Source: an uncultured Sphingomonas sp. (GTDB lineage: Bacteria > Pseudomonadota > Alphaproteobacteria > Sphingomonadales > Sphingomonadaceae). Taken from it: a stretch of 64,000 nucleotides of DNA. A program made the position numbers and the translations under genes. Shown piece after piece: positions 59,915-64,000 of the stretch. The notes below the pieces were generated by a model that did not search any database, was not told the origin of the DNA, and saw nothing but the letters and a program-made list of their open reading frames with translations. The stretch is from NCBI RefSeq assembly GCF_964244265.1, contig NZ_CAXTHV010000007.1, positions 6,029 through 70,028 on the forward strand, written 5' to 3'. Numbering within the stretch: the stretch's first letter is position 1; each line of letters begins with the position of its first letter.

Positions 59915-61693
59915 TTACGCCGCCTCGCTGAACTGCAACGCGGCGAGGCGCGCGTAGAGGCCGCCCTGCGCGCTCAGCGAGGCGTGGGTTCCGCGTTCGA
60001 CGATGCGGCCATGGTCCATCACGATGATCCGTTGCGCCGCGCGGACGGTGGCCAGCCGGTGCGCGATGACGATCGTCGTGCGCCCCGCCATCAACCGGTC
60101 GAGCGCTTGCTGCACCAGTTGCTCGCTTTCGGCATCGAGCGCGCTGGTCGCCTCGTCGAGGAGCAGGATCGGCGCATTGCGCAGCAGCGCGCGGGCGATC
60201 GCGACGCGCTGGCGCTGGCCGCCCGACAGTCGCGCGCCGCCCTCGCCCAGGAACGTGTCGAGCCCCTGCGGCAGCTTGCGCAGGAACTCGGCGGCATTGG
60301 CCGCTTCGGCCGCCGCCCACAGGCGCTCGTCGCCGGCATCCCATTCGCCATAGCGCAGATTGTCACGCGCGCTGGCGGCGAACAGGATTGTTTCCTGCGG
60401 CACCATCGCGACGCGGCCGCGGATGTCGGCGGGGTCGGCTGCGGTGAGCGGCACGCCGTCGATCCGCACCTCGCCCGCTTCGGGATCGTAGAAACGCTGG
60501 ATCAGCTGGAACAGCGTGGTCTTGCCCGCCCCTGACGGGCCGACTACCGCCACCGTCTCGCCTGGTGCCACGTCGAGCGAGAAGTCGGTCAGCGCGGCGA
60601 TCTCGATTCGCGTCGGATAGCGGAAGGCGACACGATCGAAGCTGACTGCGCCGCGCGCCGGCGCGGGCATGGCGACGGGATGGGCCGGGGCGGCAATGGC
60701 CGGCTCCTCGGCGAGCAGTTCGGCAAGCCTGCCCGCCGCCCCCGCCGCCCGCAACAGATCGCCATAAACCTCGGTCAGCGCGCCGAACGAGCCGGTGACG
60801 ATGCCTGCGGTCAGCACGAATGCGGTAATCGCACCCCCGGTCAACCGCCCGCTGGCGACGTCGTTCACCGTATCCCACATGATCAGCGTGACTGCGCCGA
60901 ACAACAGACCGATGACCAGAGCGGTCATCACCGCGCGCAGCCCGAACCGGCGCCGGGCGGACTGGAAGCCGGTCTCTACCGCGGCGGCGAAGCGGTCATT
61001 CTCGCGGCGTTCCTGGCCGAACGCCTGGACGATCTTCATCGCGCCCAGCGTCTCGACCGCGATCGATCCGATGTCCGCGACGCGATCCTGGCTGGTCCGC
61101 GAATAGGTGCGCACGCGCCGCCCGAGCAGCACGATCGGCATGACCACCACGGGGATGCCGATGATCAGCATGCCGGCAAGCTTGGGTGCGAGCGTGAACA
61201 GATAGATCAGCCCGCCAATCCCGATCACCAGGTTGCGCAGCGCCACCGACACCGTGGTGCCGACGGCGATCTCGACCTGCGCGGTGTCCGCGGTCAGCCG
61301 CGAGGCGATCTCCGACGGGCGGTTCTCCTCGAACCAGCCCGGCGCCAGCCGCAGCAGGTTGCGGTGCACCGCGACGCGGATGTCGGCCACCGTCCGCTCG
61401 CCCAGCCACGATACCGAATAGAATCGGACCGCGGTCGCGATCGCCAGGACCATCACGACGACGAACAGGCCGTGGAAATAGGGAACGATCCTGGCAGGAT
61501 CGGCGCCCGCGACGAAGCCGTTGTCGACCACCAGCTTGAACGTGCGCGGAATCCACAAGGTCGCCCCCGCCGATACGATCAGCGCAACCAGGGCCATTGC
61601 CAGGTGGCCGGGATAGCGCGAGGCGAAATGCACGATCATCAGGAGGTTGCTCAGCCGCCGGGGAGCCGGGGCTTCGATGGGGACGTCCGCCAT
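59915..61693 (-). CDS. MsbA-related ABC exporter (TM + ATPase)
   Basis: GPSGAGKT, LSGGQRQR, LLLDEATSALD, six-TM N-domain. Confidence 0.94.
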   Translation of the reverse strand: MADVPIEAPAPRRLSNLLMIVHFASRYPGHLAMALVALIVSAGATLWIPRTFKLVVDNGFVAGADPARIVPYFHGLFVVVMVLAIATAVRFYSVSWLGERTVADIRVAVHRNLLRLAPGWFEENRPSEIASRLTADTAQVEIAVGTTVSVALRNLVIGIGGLIYLFTLAPKLAGMLIIGIPVVVMPIVLLGRRVRTYSRTSQDRVADIGSIAVETLGAMKIVQAFGQERRENDRFAAAVETGFQSARRRFGLRAVMTALVIGLLFGAVTLIMWDTVNDVASGRLTGGAITAFVLTAGIVTGSFGALTEVYGDLLRAAGAAGRLAELLAEEPAIAAPAHPVAMPAPARGAVSFDRVAFRYPTRIEIAALTDFSLDVAPGETVAVVGPSGAGKTTLFQLIQRFYDPEAGEVRIDGVPLTAADPADIRGRVAMVPQETILFAASARDNLRYGEWDAGDERLWAAAEAANAAEFLRKLPQGLDTFLGEGGARLSGGQRQRVAIARALLRNAPILLLDEATSALDAESEQLVQQALDRLMAGRTTIVIAHRLATVRAAQRIIVMDHGRIVERGTHASLSAQGGLYARLAALQFSEAA

Positions 61694-61820
61694 GCGTTGC
61701 CCCTAGCAGCCCGCATGCCGGCGCTCAACGCCGGCCGGTATTGGCCGACACGTTGCCAGCAGGGCGCGGGAGGTCTAGGAACGTTGATCCCGCGGTAACC
61801 GCTATCTTCTACAGGAGCCT

Positions 61821-63038
61821 ATGCTCTACAACGCCTATGAAATGCAGCGGTCGATGATGGCAGGCGCCAGTGCGCTGGCCAATTTCAGCGCCGGTCTGCT
61901 CAGCAATCCCGCCAATCCTTTTGCCTATTTCGGCGGCGGTCCGATCGTCGCCTCGGCGCTGGAGGTCTTCGCCCACGCCTCGGCCCCGCGCGGCAAACCC
62001 GAATTCGGCTTCACCGAGATCGCGATCGATGGCCGCCGGGTGGAGATCGTCGAGGAGACCGTCCTGAGCAAGCCGTTCGGCCAGCTCAAGCGTTTTGCGC
62101 GCGCCGGGGTGACGGGCGGGCCGCGTCTGCTGATCGTCGCGCCGATGTCCGGACATTACGCCACGCTGCTGCGCGGGACTGTGGAGCGGATGCTGCCGTT
62201 CGCCGACGTGTACATCACCGACTGGCGCGATGCGCGGCAGGTGCCGTTGTCGCAAGGGTATTTCGATCTCGACGATTATGTCGACTATGTCGTCGAGTTC
62301 CTCGAGGCGATCGGGCCGGGCGCCCACATGCTGGCGGTGTGCCAGCCCGCGGTGCCGTGCTATGCCGCTGCCTGCCTGATGTCGGCCGACAAGAATTCCT
62401 GCCGCCCGCGCACGCTGACCATGATGGGCGGCCCGATCGACACCCGCATGGCGCCGACCGCGGTCAACACGCTGGCGACCGAACGGCCGCATTCCTGGTT
62501 CGAGAACAACGTCATTGCGACCGTGCCGATGACTTATCCCGGCGCCGGACGCCGCGTCTTTCCGGGCTTCCTGCAACTCGCGGGTTTCATGTCGATGAAC
62601 CTCGGCAACCACCTCCAGTCGCATTGGGAGATGTTCAAGCATCTGGTCCAGGGCGATGACGAAGGGGCGGACGCGACCAAGGATTTCTACGAGGAATACC
62701 GCTCGGTCTGCGACATGACCGCCGAATTCTACCTGCAGACGATCGATATGGTGTTCCAGCAGCACCTGCTGCCCAGGGGCGAGATGATGCATCGCGGGCG
62801 GCGGGTCGATCCGGGGGCGATCAGCGATGTCGCGCTGCTCGCGATCGAGGGCGAGCGTGATGATATTTCCGGCCTTGGGCAGACCAAGGCGGCGCTCGAC
62901 ATCGCCGTCAACCTGCCGCAATCACGCAAGAAATATTACATGGCGGCAGGTGCCGGCCATTATGGCATCTTCAACGGCAGCAAATGGCGCAATCAGATCG
63001 CGCCGGTCGTGGAACGCTGGATCACCGCGCACGCTTGA
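61821..63038 (+). CDS. phaZ: Intracellular polyhydroxyalkanoate depolymerase
   Basis: APMSGHYATLLRGTV, VYITDW, AVCQP (Cys nucleophile), EGERDDI, GHYGIFNG. Confidence 0.93.
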   Translation: MLYNAYEMQRSMMAGASALANFSAGLLSNPANPFAYFGGGPIVASALEVFAHASAPRGKPEFGFTEIAIDGRRVEIVEETVLSKPFGQLKRFARAGVTGGPRLLIVAPMSGHYATLLRGTVERMLPFADVYITDWRDARQVPLSQGYFDLDDYVDYVVEFLEAIGPGAHMLAVCQPAVPCYAAACLMSADKNSCRPRTLTMMGGPIDTRMAPTAVNTLATERPHSWFENNVIATVPMTYPGAGRRVFPGFLQLAGFMSMNLGNHLQSHWEMFKHLVQGDDEGADATKDFYEEYRSVCDMTAEFYLQTIDMVFQQHLLPRGEMMHRGRRVDPGAISDVALLAIEGERDDISGLGQTKAALDIAVNLPQSRKKYYMAAGAGHYGIFNGSKWRNQIAPVVERWITAHA

Positions 63039-63064
63039 GCCATGCGCGGTGATCGGATCGCTGC

Positions 63065-63541
63065 TCAGGCCGCTGTCGTACTGACCCTGGCGTGGCTGCC
63101 CGCCTCGCTCGGCTTGATCGTGCCGCCGAGCAGCATCTTCACCCGGCCGCTGATCGATACGTCGCTTTCCCACAATTCGGCATCGTCAATGTCGAAGCGC
63201 AGCAGCGCCAGATTGGGATCGCTCTTGCCGCCGGGAAACCATGCCTCGGCCTGCTTGTTCCACAATTTGTCGATCATCGCGAAATCGTTGTCGACGGCGA
63301 CTGTCCCGGCCAGGCAGGCGAAGAAATCGTGGCCCTTCGACACGAACTGCGCCATCGCCTTGCCGCCGCCGGCCAGCCGGTTGTCCTTGCCGATGAAGAA
63401 GAACAGCGTGTCGACCTGATCCCTGTCGAGCTGCGCGGTCAGCGGCTCGCTATGCCCGCCTTCCTCCAGCCCGACCATCACGAACGGGCTTTGCGCCATC
63501 CTGTCCCACATCGTCTGCTTGATCTCGTGCGTGTCGGCCAT
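63065..63541 (-). CDS. General stress protein, pyridoxamine 5'-phosphate oxidase-like
   Basis: HSEPLTAQLD, IDKLWN..AEAWFPGGKSDPNLALLRF...AELW. GAGGAG RBS. Confidence 0.82.
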   Translation of the reverse strand: MADTHEIKQTMWDRMAQSPFVMVGLEEGGHSEPLTAQLDRDQVDTLFFFIGKDNRLAGGGKAMAQFVSKGHDFFACLAGTVAVDNDFAMIDKLWNKQAEAWFPGGKSDPNLALLRFDIDDAELWESDVSISGRVKMLLGGTIKPSEAGSHARVSTTAA

Positions 63542-63568
63542 CGTCATTTCTCCTCGATTCGGAAAGAT

Positions 63569-63593
63569 AACGACCGGGACGAACGGAGTTTCC
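63569..63593 (-). promoter_or_regulatory. Putative EcfG (general stress) promoter
   Basis: GGAAA-N16-CGTT, one mismatch to GGAAC-N16-CGTT, upstream of a general stress gene. Confidence 0.5.
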
Positions 63594-63714
63594 CGACCAA
63601 GGTTCGATTCGACTGCGGCCACAGTTCAGGCAATGATGATGAGGAGGCGGCGGCAAAGGAGATTGAGGTAGCACCCGGCGGCCCCGCAAGGCTCGCCCCA
63701 CCGACGAGGGATCA

Positions 63715-64000
63715 ATGACCGACGCGCCGACTTCCGACCCCCGCGCCAGCATGGCCGCTTTGTACCGTGCACCCGAACCCGAGGTGCTGAAGCCGTTGCT
63801 GGCGCGCGCCGCGCTGACACCGGCGGCGCGGGTGCGCGTGCTCGGCCATTCCTCGGGCCTGCTCGCTGACCTGCGCGCGGCGCAGGATCGCGGCTGGGTC
63901 AACCAGTTCCTTCAGGAATACCGCCTCAACTCGTCCGAAGGCGTGGCGCTGCTCAGCCTGGCCGAGGCGTTCCTGCGGGTCCCCGATCCCGCGACGGCCG
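63715..64000 (+). CDS. putA: Bifunctional proline dehydrogenase/P5C dehydrogenase PutA (5' part)
   Basis: Manual translation ...FLQEYRLNSSEGVALLSLAEAFLRVPD.ATA. Runs off the window. Confidence 0.9.
   Translation, partial: MTDAPTSDPRASMAALYRAPEPEVLKPLLARAALTPAARVRVLGHSSGLLADLRAAQDRGWVNQFLQEYRLNSSEGVALLSLAEAFLRVPDPATA

Overview
High-GC alphaproteobacterial chromosome segment. Gene content and order point to Sphingomonas/Sphingomonadaceae (inference). Most of it is housekeeping: dprA (partial), plsY, murI, hemA, nrdR, glyA, a SigK/RskA-like ECF pair, btaAB betaine-lipid genes, rpsD, tRNA-Tyr, rlmB, mtnP, mntH, hslVU, gloAB, rnhA, thrB, ispH, a tandem glycine riboswitch with gcvT-H-PA-PB, proS, rnr, phaZ and putA (partial). 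Three accessory blocks stand out. (1) 25.1-33.9 kb: a six-gene operon of five secreted DUF11-type Ig proteins (one a 1658-aa probable outer-membrane beta-barrel) plus a PilZ protein. The DUF11 domain is split into an N-terminal donor hairpin and a C-terminal acceptor. This predicts a donor-strand-complemented, possibly isopeptide-crosslinked filament with its own anchor, cap and chaperone, next to a CHASE3/PAS phosphorelay. (2) 37.8-41.9 kb: a cytoplasmic subtilase, a stand-alone propeptide-like protein and a two-HKD phospholipase-D-family protein, resembling a protease-gated effector or defence module. (3) 12.5-15.7 kb: a glycosyltransferase/acyl-CoA dehydrogenase/PIG-L/methyltransferase operon beside tRNA-Tyr. 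Candidate non-coding signals include an ECF-type promoter with a C-rich sRNA-like structure before btaA and a switchable leader before glyA. All family calls come from motif recognition by eye; no searches were run.
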